In this document: positions 38,299-46,380 of the stretch, one piece after another
Position numbering within the stretch: position 1 is the first letter of the stretch
Layout of the letters: every line of letters begins with the position of its first letter
Source of the DNA: Minisyncoccota bacterium
Lineage (GTDB): Bacteria; Patescibacteriota; Minisyncoccia; UBA6257; JAGOQP01
NCBI GenBank assembly: GCA_041661795.1
Contig: JBAZTS010000005.1
Span: 768-64,767, forward strand
Length of the DNA: 64,000 nucleotides
Reading direction: 5' to 3'
Position numbers and translations under genes: made by a program
Notes under the pieces: generated by a model
What the model was told of the DNA's origin: nothing
Database searches by the model: none
The model's input: only the letters and a program-made list of their open reading frames with translations

Positions 38299-40041
38299 TT
38301 GTCTATGGAAAATTCAGTTCTTATAAAAAAGTTAATTGATGATGGCTTTTTAAATCAGGAGAACGGTCAGAAGCTTCTTTCAGAAGCTTCTTTGTCCAGG
38401 ATACCGGTAGACGAAATAATCTATGAAAGAAGAGTAGTTTCCGAGGACGTTCTTTTGAAAGCCAAAAGTCAAATTTTATCAATTCCTTCAAAAAAAGTTG
38501 ACCCGGAAAGTATCTCGGATGATTTAATAAAACTTGTTCCTGAGCAAACCGTTAGAAATTTTAAAGTTATTCCTCTTTCTTTGCAGGATGACTTAATGGT
38601 GGTTGGAATGGTCAATCCTGACGATGAAAAAGCTCAAAACGCTATAAAGTTTGTTGCCAAACAAGCAAAAGTTAATCTGGGAATTTATCTAATTTCTTTT
38701 TCTTTATGGGAAACGGTTTTAAGAAAATATTCTCCTTATAAAAGCGAAGTTGAAGCCGCAATAAAATCAATCTATTCGCTTGGTACTAAAAAAACTTCTT
38801 CCGAACAAAGAGCGGTTCAACTTGAAAGCGGAGGAGGGAGTGAAGATGCTCCGATAATAAGAATTGTCGCTTCTACTTTAAAAGAAGCAGTTTGGCAACA
38901 ATCCTCCGATATTCATTTGGAGCCACAAAGAAATAGATTAAGAATTAGATTTAGATTGGACGGACAGTTAAAAGAAGTGGCTTCTATGCCCATAGAACTT
39001 CAACAGGCAATTATTTCTCGTGTTAAGGTTCTTTCTAATTTAAAAATTGATGAAACAAGAATTCCACAAGACGGAAGATTTAGGGCGTTTATTGCCGGAA
39101 GAGATATAGATTTTCGTGTGGCTTCTTTTCCTACTCCCACGGGTGAAAAGATAGCTATCCGCGTTCTTGACCCGCAAATAGGGTTAAAAGGTCTTGAAGA
39201 GCTTGGTTTAATTGAAACAAACTTGGAAATTACCAAAGAGGGAATAAAGGATCCTTATGGGATGATTCTTATTACAGGACCCACTGGTTCTGGTAAAACG
39301 ACCACTCTTTATGCTCTTATGCAGATTCTTAACAATGAATCGGTTAACGTTGTTAGTTTGGAAGATCCGGTTGAATATTATATAGACGGTTTAAATCAAT
39401 CTCAGGTAAGGCCAGAAATTGGATACGACTTTGCTTCTGGGCTCCGACAAATTTTAAGACAGGATCCGGACATTATTATGGTTGGAGAAATAAGAGACAA
39501 CGAAACTGCGGGTCTGGCCATACATGCCGCTTTGACTGGACATATTGTTCTTTCAACTTTGCATACCAATAATGCCGTTGGAGTTATTCCAAGATTGATT
39601 GATATGAAAGTTGATCCGTTTCTTTTGCCCTCTACGGTTAATTTAATGATAGCTCAAAGATTAGTTCCCAAACTTTGTCAAAAATGTTTAACAAAAAAAG
39701 ATCCTCCATCGGAAGTTAAAGCAATTATTGTGGAGGAGATAAAAAAGATGGATGTAGCTATTGTCAAAAGATTTAATATTCCCGAAAATTATACTGTTTT
39801 TGAATCAAAAGGTTGTGACGCTTGCGCTGGGAAAGGAATATCGGGAAGAATGGCTCTTTTTGAGATTTTAAAAATGACCAGAGAACTTGAAGAGGTTATC
39901 AATAAAAGACCAACTGAAGGAGATATTTGGCAGGAGGCCAAAAGACAAAAGATGATAACTCTAAGACAAGATGGAATTATAAAAGCTATAAGGGGATTGG
40001 TTTCAATTGAATCGGTTTTAAGGGAAACAGGAGAACTCTAA
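38299..40041 (+). CDS. pilB: Type IV pilus assembly ATPase PilB (GspE family)
   Basis: N-terminal GspII_E-like domain, Walker A GPTGSGKTTTLYA, Asp/His boxes and the tetracysteine motif CQKC...CDAC. Confidence 0.9.
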   Translation: MSMENSVLIKKLIDDGFLNQENGQKLLSEASLSRIPVDEIIYERRVVSEDVLLKAKSQILSIPSKKVDPESISDDLIKLVPEQTVRNFKVIPLSLQDDLMVVGMVNPDDEKAQNAIKFVAKQAKVNLGIYLISFSLWETVLRKYSPYKSEVEAAIKSIYSLGTKKTSSEQRAVQLESGGGSEDAPIIRIVASTLKEAVWQQSSDIHLEPQRNRLRIRFRLDGQLKEVASMPIELQQAIISRVKVLSNLKIDETRIPQDGRFRAFIAGRDIDFRVASFPTPTGEKIAIRVLDPQIGLKGLEELGLIETNLEITKEGIKDPYGMILITGPTGSGKTTTLYALMQILNNESVNVVSLEDPVEYYIDGLNQSQVRPEIGYDFASGLRQILRQDPDIIMVGEIRDNETAGLAIHAALTGHIVLSTLHTNNAVGVIPRLIDMKVDPFLLPSTVNLMIAQRLVPKLCQKCLTKKDPPSEVKAIIVEEIKKMDVAIVKRFNIPENYTVFESKGCDACAGKGISGRMALFEILKMTRELEEVINKRPTEGDIWQEAKRQKMITLRQDGIIKAIRGLVSIESVLRETGEL

Positions 40042-40153
40042 TTGGTATATAGGGTTTGGTATATCGTATATAGGGAAAACAAAAATAGGAAAGGACTTTA
40101 ATTTTCTTGACTGTTCCTATATACTAACTACTAATTACTAACTACTATTTATT

Positions 40154-41221
40154 ATGGATTACAAACAAAAACTTAATGAATTACTTTTAACCTGCGCCAA
40201 ACAAGACGCTTCCGATCTTCACATTGCCGTGGGAAGATATGCCACTTTAAGAATTGACGGCTCTTTAGTGCCTCTGACCAATCAGCCGATTTTAACACCA
40301 CAGGATGCGGAAGGATTAGTAATGTCTCTTTTGAGTGATGAACAAAAAAGGACACTTTTGGAAAAAAGAGAAATTGACTTTTCTTATACTTTTGAAGATA
40401 AAGCCAGATTTAGAGTAAACGCTTATTTTCAAAGAGGATATATGGCAGCGGCTTTGCGCTTGATTCCGGCTCAAATCAGAACCATTGAAGAATTACGACT
40501 TCCTCCCATTATTCATGATTTTTCTTCTCTCTCTCAAGGATTTGTTTTGGTTGTGGGTCCTGCTGGTCATGGCAAATCAACAACTTTGGCGGCTATACTT
40601 GATGAGATAAATCATACCCATACTCAACACATCATTACGGTTGAAGACCCTATAGAATATATTTTTGTACAAGACAGAAGCATAATTTCTCAAAGAGAAG
40701 TTAAAAGCGATACGTTGGATTTTTCTTCGGCGCTAAGATCGGTTTTAAGACAAGACCCGGATGTTATTATGATAGGAGAAATGAGAGATACTGAATCTAT
40801 CGGAATTGCTTTGACGGCCGCTGAAACCGGACATTTGGTTGTTTCAACTCTACACACTAATTCGGCTGCTCAAACCATAGATAGAATCATAGACAGCTTT
40901 CCTTCTGAACAACAAAATCAAATCGCTTCTCAATTAGCGGCAACTTTAGTGGGAATAGTTTCGGAGAGATTAATTCCAAGAGTTGATGGGGGAAGAGCTC
41001 CGGCTTGCGAAATTATGATAGCCAACCCGGCCATTAGAAATTTGATTCGCGAAAGAAAGACATATCAGATTGATTTAGTTATTGAGACCAATGCTCAAGA
41101 AGGAATGTTAACTCTAAACAGGTCATTGGCGGATCTAGTCAGAAGAAGAGAAATAAGTTTGGAGAACGCTGAAACGTATTCACTCAATCCTTCAGAGCTA
41201 AGAATACTTTTGGAAAAATAA
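40154..41221 (+). CDS. pilT: Twitching-motility/retraction ATPase PilT
   Basis: Walker A VGPAGHGKSTT and the PilT signature ...ACEIMIANPAIRNLIRE. Confidence 0.9.
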   Translation: MDYKQKLNELLLTCAKQDASDLHIAVGRYATLRIDGSLVPLTNQPILTPQDAEGLVMSLLSDEQKRTLLEKREIDFSYTFEDKARFRVNAYFQRGYMAAALRLIPAQIRTIEELRLPPIIHDFSSLSQGFVLVVGPAGHGKSTTLAAILDEINHTHTQHIITVEDPIEYIFVQDRSIISQREVKSDTLDFSSALRSVLRQDPDVIMIGEMRDTESIGIALTAAETGHLVVSTLHTNSAAQTIDRIIDSFPSEQQNQIASQLAATLVGIVSERLIPRVDGGRAPACEIMIANPAIRNLIRERKTYQIDLVIETNAQEGMLTLNRSLADLVRRREISLENAETYSLNPSELRILLEK

Positions 41222-41224
41222 AAA

Positions 41225-42442
41225 ATGGCAAAGTTTAAATATCAAGCAAGAAGTAAAAACGGAGAACTTCAGGTGGGCTTTGTTGAAGCTCCAACTCAAG
41301 AAATGGCGGCTAATATGCTTACTAGCCACGATCTTTTTGTTTTAAGTATCGCCTCCATAGAAAAAAAGGGAATTAAAGAAAAATTTTTTCAGGTTTTAAA
41401 CAGAGTCAAGATAAAAGATCTGATGATTTTTACCAGACAGCTGTCTACTCTGATTGAATCAGAAATGCCCTTGGATAATGCTCTAAAAACTCTTTATCAA
41501 CAAACTAGGAACATAACTTTAAAGGAATCTGTTTATCAAATTCAACAAGATATTGAATCGGGGTTGGCTTTATCGCAAGCATTTGAGAGACAGAAGCCAA
41601 TATTTTCTGATTTTTATGTAAGTATGGTTAGATCCGCTGAAGTTACCGGGCGACTCCAAGAAGCCATGTCTTTTTTGGCCTCTTATATAGAAAAGGAGGC
41701 CCAGTGGAAGGGAAGAATTATTAATGCTCTTATATATCCGATTGTTCTTTTGGGACTTTTTGTGGTGGTGGCCGGTGTTATGGTTGTTATTGTTTTTCCT
41801 AAAATTCAGCCGGTTTTTGAAGAATCAGGAGTCGCTCTTCCTTTGGTTAGTCGTGTTTTACTTTCTGGAGGAACTTTTATTTTAAATTGGTGGTGGTTAA
41901 CTTTAATAATATTTGCCGGACTTGTTTTTGTGGTGGTTGATTATTTTAGAAGCAAAGAGGGAATATTGGTCTCTAACCAAATGATTTTAGTGCTTCCTGT
42001 TTTTGGAGAACTTTTTAAAAAAATTTATATAGCTAGATTTTCTCAATCATTGAGTGTTCTTATCAGAGGAGGAATTCCCATAACTCAGGCCATAGAAATA
42101 AGCGCCGATACGGTTGGCAATGTTATTTATAAAGAGGTTTTAGTTTCAGTAGCTCAAGGGGTTAGAGAAGGAGGATTGTTTTCACAGTTAATGGCCAATC
42201 AGGAAAAATATTTTCCTTCTATGGTGGCGCAAATGGCAGCCATTGGGGAAACTACAGGAAGAATAGACGAGATGATGGTTAAAATTTCCGATTTTTATGA
42301 CAGAGAAGTAAATGACATGATGTCCAATCTATCGGAATTACTTCAACCAATACTGATACTTATAATTGGTCTTCTGATTGGTCTTTTATTTGCTTCCATT
42401 CTTCTCCCTATATATAATCTGGCTCAATCTTTCCAATTGTAG
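41225..42442 (+). CDS. pilC: Type IV pilus platform protein PilC (GspF family)
   Basis: Two GspF-type repeats and three TM segments, placed right after pilT. Confidence 0.85.
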   Translation: MAKFKYQARSKNGELQVGFVEAPTQEMAANMLTSHDLFVLSIASIEKKGIKEKFFQVLNRVKIKDLMIFTRQLSTLIESEMPLDNALKTLYQQTRNITLKESVYQIQQDIESGLALSQAFERQKPIFSDFYVSMVRSAEVTGRLQEAMSFLASYIEKEAQWKGRIINALIYPIVLLGLFVVVAGVMVVIVFPKIQPVFEESGVALPLVSRVLLSGGTFILNWWWLTLIIFAGLVFVVVDYFRSKEGILVSNQMILVLPVFGELFKKIYIARFSQSLSVLIRGGIPITQAIEISADTVGNVIYKEVLVSVAQGVREGGLFSQLMANQEKYFPSMVAQMAAIGETTGRIDEMMVKISDFYDREVNDMMSNLSELLQPILILIIGLLIGLLFASILLPIYNLAQSFQL

Positions 42443-42482
42443 TATAATTAAAAAGTCGAAAGTTTAAAGTTGAAATGATTTT

Positions 42483-42980
42483 ATGTTTAAAATAAAAAGT
42501 GAAAAAGGTTTTACATTGGTGGAAATGCTCGTGGTTGTCGCGATTATTGCCATTTTAGCGTCCATATTTTTGGTCGGACTCAGAGGTTTTAGAGGAAGTG
42601 CCTATGATTCCAAAAGATTAGCCGACCTTCAAAGATCCCAAAGTTATTTGGAAATTTATTACAGCAAAAACAGATCTTATCCTACTGGAATAACTCAATG
42701 GTCTGGGGCTGGCGGATCTCTTCAGGGAGCTTTGGCTGGGGCTGGAATAGGAGTCACTGCTATACCTAACGACCCTCAATTTGCCGATGTTCCCGCAAAT
42801 AATTACGGTTATAAATCTTGTGATAGCGGCCAAGGATATGTTATTTCCGCTTTTATTTCAGCAAACTCTTCATCTTTCAAAGATGCTCCCGGAGTTGGCG
42901 AAGAAAATTGCGATACGGGTACTGGTTTTACTTGCGCCGATACTTCCGGTGATTTAAAAAGATATTGTACCGGGTCCTAA
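42483..42980 (+). CDS. pilA: Type IV (major) pilin with a class III signal peptide
   Basis: MFKIKSEKG|FTLVEMLVVVAIIAILASI has the canonical G|FTLxE prepilin cleavage/methylation motif. The C-terminal domain has 4 Cys. Confidence 0.8.
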   Translation: MFKIKSEKGFTLVEMLVVVAIIAILASIFLVGLRGFRGSAYDSKRLADLQRSQSYLEIYYSKNRSYPTGITQWSGAGGSLQGALAGAGIGVTAIPNDPQFADVPANNYGYKSCDSGQGYVISAFISANSSSFKDAPGVGEENCDTGTGFTCADTSGDLKRYCTGS

Positions 42981-43033
42981 AGTTTTTATTAATTAATTTA
43001 GAGTGAAACGATACAATTAATTACTATAAAAAA

Positions 43034-43199
43034 TTTACCCCCTCACTCATTGATACAAAGTTAATGAGTTAGTACCCAAGACAGAGCCGTAAGGCGACAT
43101 TCGTCTCTATCTTAGGTTGATACACAGACATTGCTACAATGAGTGAGGGGGTGCTCGGTTTTATTAATTAATCGCTACGCTCTTAAATAAAAACGGCAT
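43034..43199 (+). repeat. Structured ~165-bp intergenic repeat element, copy 2 (perfect outer stem), abutting the ATG of pilD
   Basis: ccccctcactcattg...caatgagtgagggggtgctcggttttat followed by taattaatcgctacgctcttaaataaaaacggcat-ATG. About 90% identical to 26298..26460. Confidence 0.8.
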
Positions 43200-44099
43200 A
43201 TGATAGTTTTAAACAATCTTCAATACCTGTTGCTTTTTCTTTTGGGACTTTCCTTTGGGAGTTTCTTAAATGTCCTTTCTATAAGATATCGTCCTCATCG
43301 TGGTCTTTTTCACTCCGATCATATAGAAGGAAGGTCAAAATGTCTCTCCTGCCAAAAAACTTTAAGCTGGTATGAACTGGTTCCTATTTTCAGCTTTATC
43401 TTTCAAATGGGGAAATGTCGTTCCTGTAGTAAATCTCTTTTGTGGCAATACCCCATAGTAGAGATAATTTCGGCGGCGATATTTGTTATGACTCCCTATT
43501 TTATTAAGAGCTCATTTATTTTTTGGAATTTATCCTGGGGAAATTGGGTGTTTTGGGTGGCATCGGCAATTTGGATACTTGTTCTAATGCTCTTGGTTTT
43601 GGCTTTTATTATAGACCTTAGACATTATGTCATACCTAATTCTGTTAGTGCCTTAATTTTTGTATTGGGAATAATTTGGATAGCATTAGGGAATTGGCAG
43701 GGATTTTTCTCTTCCTCTTTTGATGGTTCTTTTCTTAGAAGTTTTTCTGGAATATTTCCGGTAATTGGAAGTTTTTGGATTTCCAGGTTGGTTGGTCTTT
43801 TGTTTGGTTCAGTTTTCTTTCTTTTGATTATTATTTTATCCAAGGGCAGAGCTATGGGTATGGGGGATGTTAAATTAATGGGAGCAGTTGGGCTTATCTT
43901 TGGGTGGCCAGACATTGTTATTATAGTTGCTCTGTCTTTTATTATAGGTCTTTTTGTCTCCTTGATTTTAATGGCTTTTAAACTCAAAAAAGTATCCGAC
44001 AGAATTCCTTTTGGCCCTCTTATTGTCGTTTCTTCCTTTATTGTCTTCTTTTTTGGCTCTGGATTAATGGGCTTGTATTTTAGTATAATTGGGATGTAG
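43200..44099 (+). CDS. pilD: Prepilin peptidase (A24 family) PilD
   Basis: N-terminal zinc-binding CLSCQK...CRSC tetracysteine, 8 TM helices, and the catalytic GMGDVKLMGAVG. Confidence 0.85.
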   Translation: MIVLNNLQYLLLFLLGLSFGSFLNVLSIRYRPHRGLFHSDHIEGRSKCLSCQKTLSWYELVPIFSFIFQMGKCRSCSKSLLWQYPIVEIISAAIFVMTPYFIKSSFIFWNLSWGNWVFWVASAIWILVLMLLVLAFIIDLRHYVIPNSVSALIFVLGIIWIALGNWQGFFSSSFDGSFLRSFSGIFPVIGSFWISRLVGLLFGSVFFLLIIILSKGRAMGMGDVKLMGAVGLIFGWPDIVIIVALSFIIGLFVSLILMAFKLKKVSDRIPFGPLIVVSSFIVFFFGSGLMGLYFSIIGM

Positions 44100-44208
44100 A
44101 ACTATAATTTCTAAATCCTAATATCTAATTTCTAATCAATTTAGAAATTTCTAAATTATGATTTGATTAGTTATTAGTAATTTAGATTTAAGATTTTATA
44201 TCCCCGTT

Positions 44209-44787
44209 ATGAACAAAAACTCTTTTTTCTTTGCAAAAAACATTGAATCAAAAGTTGCTGGATTCACCTTGATTGAGTTGATGGTGGTTGTTTCTTTAAC
44301 CATTCTTTTTGTTGGAGCGGCGGCTTCATATAATAAGACGTCTGATAAGCTCATTTCCTTATATAGAGAGGAGGGTAAAATTGTGGCTCAACTTCAACAA
44401 GCCAAATCTTTGACAGTGGCAACTTATTTGGAGAAAGATGATCCGGGGTGCGGTTATGGGGTTCATTTTGACGCGACTAAACAGGAAATCTATCTTTTTA
44501 AAGATATTCCCGAAACCGGAGTTGAAGAATTGGAAAAGTGTAAAAGTTTTGACGGGCTTCTTTTTTCTGATAGGGATTCTATTATAGATGTTACTAAACT
44601 AGAAACATCTAGATTTGATTTTGGCTCGGAAAAAACAATTTTAGATATTCTGTTTGTTCCTCCAGAGCCCAAAACGTACATTTATCCCCAGGAAGAAAAT
44701 GCTGTTATTCAACTTTCTTCAACCAGCGTTGATAACCTTTTTTTAACAATCAGAGTCAATAAATTTGGACAAATTTCGGCCGATTAA
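44209..44787 (+). CDS. Pilin-like (pseudopilin/minor pilin) protein
   Basis: G|FTLIELMVVVSLTILFVGAA prepilin N-terminal motif. Confidence 0.7.
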   Translation: MNKNSFFFAKNIESKVAGFTLIELMVVVSLTILFVGAAASYNKTSDKLISLYREEGKIVAQLQQAKSLTVATYLEKDDPGCGYGVHFDATKQEIYLFKDIPETGVEELEKCKSFDGLLFSDRDSIIDVTKLETSRFDFGSEKTILDILFVPPEPKTYIYPQEENAVIQLSSTSVDNLFLTIRVNKFGQISAD

Positions 44788-44788
44788 A

Positions 44789-45307
44789 ATGATTAATTTC
44801 AAAAACAAAAAAGGTCAGATGCTTGCTGAAACTATGGTGGGTCTTGGAATGGCCGTTTTGGGTATTTTGGGATTTCTGTCTCTTTTGTCTTACGCTATTG
44901 GGTTAAATAGGGTTATTTCCGACCAGTATGTATCAACTTATCTGGCTTCTGAGGGAATAGAAGTTGTAAAAAATATATTGGATGGAAAATGGCTTTCTGG
45001 AGACGGGTTTGGCTTGGGAGAGGGTTTTTATGAAGTTGATTATGACAGCGCTTCATTAAGGTATATTTCATCTTCCGAATCAGAAGCCAAAGATATTTCC
45101 CGATTTATGAATGTTGATTCCAGCAGCAAAAGATACTCATATAAATTAACCTCGCAAAGAGTAGTCACGCCCTTTAAAAGAATTCTTCATCTTCAGCAAG
45201 TTACTAACCCAGACAGGGTCATAGTCAATTCAAAAGTTTTTTGGGAGTCGCGCTCGGGGTCAGATTTTGAAATTAATTTAGAAGATGTTTTTTTTGGTTG
45301 GAGATAA
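44789..45307 (+). CDS. Pilin-like protein with a variant prepilin motif
   Basis: MINFKNKKGQMLAETMVGLGMAVLGILGF carries a G|QMLAE variant of the G|FTLxE motif. The start is set at the internal Met to avoid overlap with the upstream gene. Confidence 0.5.
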   Translation: MINFKNKKGQMLAETMVGLGMAVLGILGFLSLLSYAIGLNRVISDQYVSTYLASEGIEVVKNILDGKWLSGDGFGLGEGFYEVDYDSASLRYISSSESEAKDISRFMNVDSSSKRYSYKLTSQRVVTPFKRILHLQQVTNPDRVIVNSKVFWESRSGSDFEINLEDVFFGWR

Positions 45308-45328
45308 TTTAGCTACGAAATACGAATT

Positions 45329-45925
45329 ATGTACGAATATACTAACAAAACCACAAGATTTCTAAAACGAAACATCCTTTCGTACTTTCGTAAACTTTTC
45401 GTATTTCGTAGACAAAATGGTTCTACATTGATAGAGTTGCTTTTGGCTCTGGGAATATTTTCCATATTTATATCTGTTATTACCGGTGGTTTTATTCAGA
45501 TGCTTTCTAATCAACGTCTTCTTTTAAAATTAATGGCTTCTACCGACAACGTCAGTTTATCTTTGGAGCAAATAGCCAGAGAACTAAGAACCGGTGGTCA
45601 GTTTCAAACAAGTCCCGGAGGAGGAGATCTTATACAGTTTTTTAATGCCGATAAAAAATTTGTTAAATATTATTTGAATATCAACTCGTCAAGAGGACAG
45701 CTTGTAAGATCCGAAAGTTTGGCGGTTGACGATCCTTCGCCTGTTATAAGACCGATAACCGCCGATAACGTTGATGTTTCCCAATTTAACGTTGAGGTGA
45801 TGGATATAAACCCCTCCGGACCTCCAAGAGTTGTTATAAATGTCGGGGTTAGAGTATCAGAAAGAAAAATAAAAGAGGTTAATACGTTTATTCAAACAAC
45901 GGTTAGTCCAAGAAATATAGAGTAA
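45329..45925 (+). CDS. Pilin-like protein with prepilin-type N-terminal cleavage/methylation domain
   Basis: ...RRQNG|STLIELLLALGIFSIFISV has E at +5 and a hydrophobic helix, with an unusually long 29-aa leader. Confidence 0.55.
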   Translation: MYEYTNKTTRFLKRNILSYFRKLFVFRRQNGSTLIELLLALGIFSIFISVITGGFIQMLSNQRLLLKLMASTDNVSLSLEQIARELRTGGQFQTSPGGGDLIQFFNADKKFVKYYLNINSSRGQLVRSESLAVDDPSPVIRPITADNVDVSQFNVEVMDINPSGPPRVVINVGVRVSERKIKEVNTFIQTTVSPRNIE

Positions 45926-45929
45926 TTTT

Positions 45930-46373
45930 ATGAAAATTTGTAAACAAAATAATCAAGGGCAGGCCCGCCTGCCAACGACTGCGCCCGCCCGGCAATCGCC
46001 TGACGGCTCAAGCCGGATGGCGGACGGGCGTAGCAATGGCGGGCAGGCAATTTTAATGGTGGTTATGATTTTGGGAGCCACCATGCTTGGTGTTTCCACT
46101 ATTGCTGGATATATATTTTTGCAAAAGATAAAAACTGCCACTAATGTTATTAAATCCACCGAAGCTATTTTTGCCGCTGATTATGGAGTAGAGTGTTATC
46201 TTTATAAATTTTCCAAGGATAACAGTTATGATTGTTCTGCTTTGCCACCACTTTCCAATGGAACGACGGTTGAGGTTTCTTCTGTCCAAACCGGAGAAAA
46301 TTCCGAGTTGATAAAATCAATAGGGAAATCAGGAAATATTTCCAGAGCTTTTGGTATTTTCATTGGAGAATAA
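45930..46373 (+). CDS. Hypothetical pilin-like membrane-anchored protein. Its 5' region contains a GC-rich insert, and the true start may be the internal Met at 46017.
   Basis: Hydrophobic helix GGQAILMVVMILGATMLGVSTIAGYIFL after a basic leader. The first 30 codons are a GC-rich palindromic segment unlike the rest of the genome. Confidence 0.4.
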   Translation: MKICKQNNQGQARLPTTAPARQSPDGSSRMADGRSNGGQAILMVVMILGATMLGVSTIAGYIFLQKIKTATNVIKSTEAIFAADYGVECYLYKFSKDNSYDCSALPPLSNGTTVEVSSVQTGENSELIKSIGKSGNISRAFGIFIGE

Positions 46374-46380
46374 AATTGGC

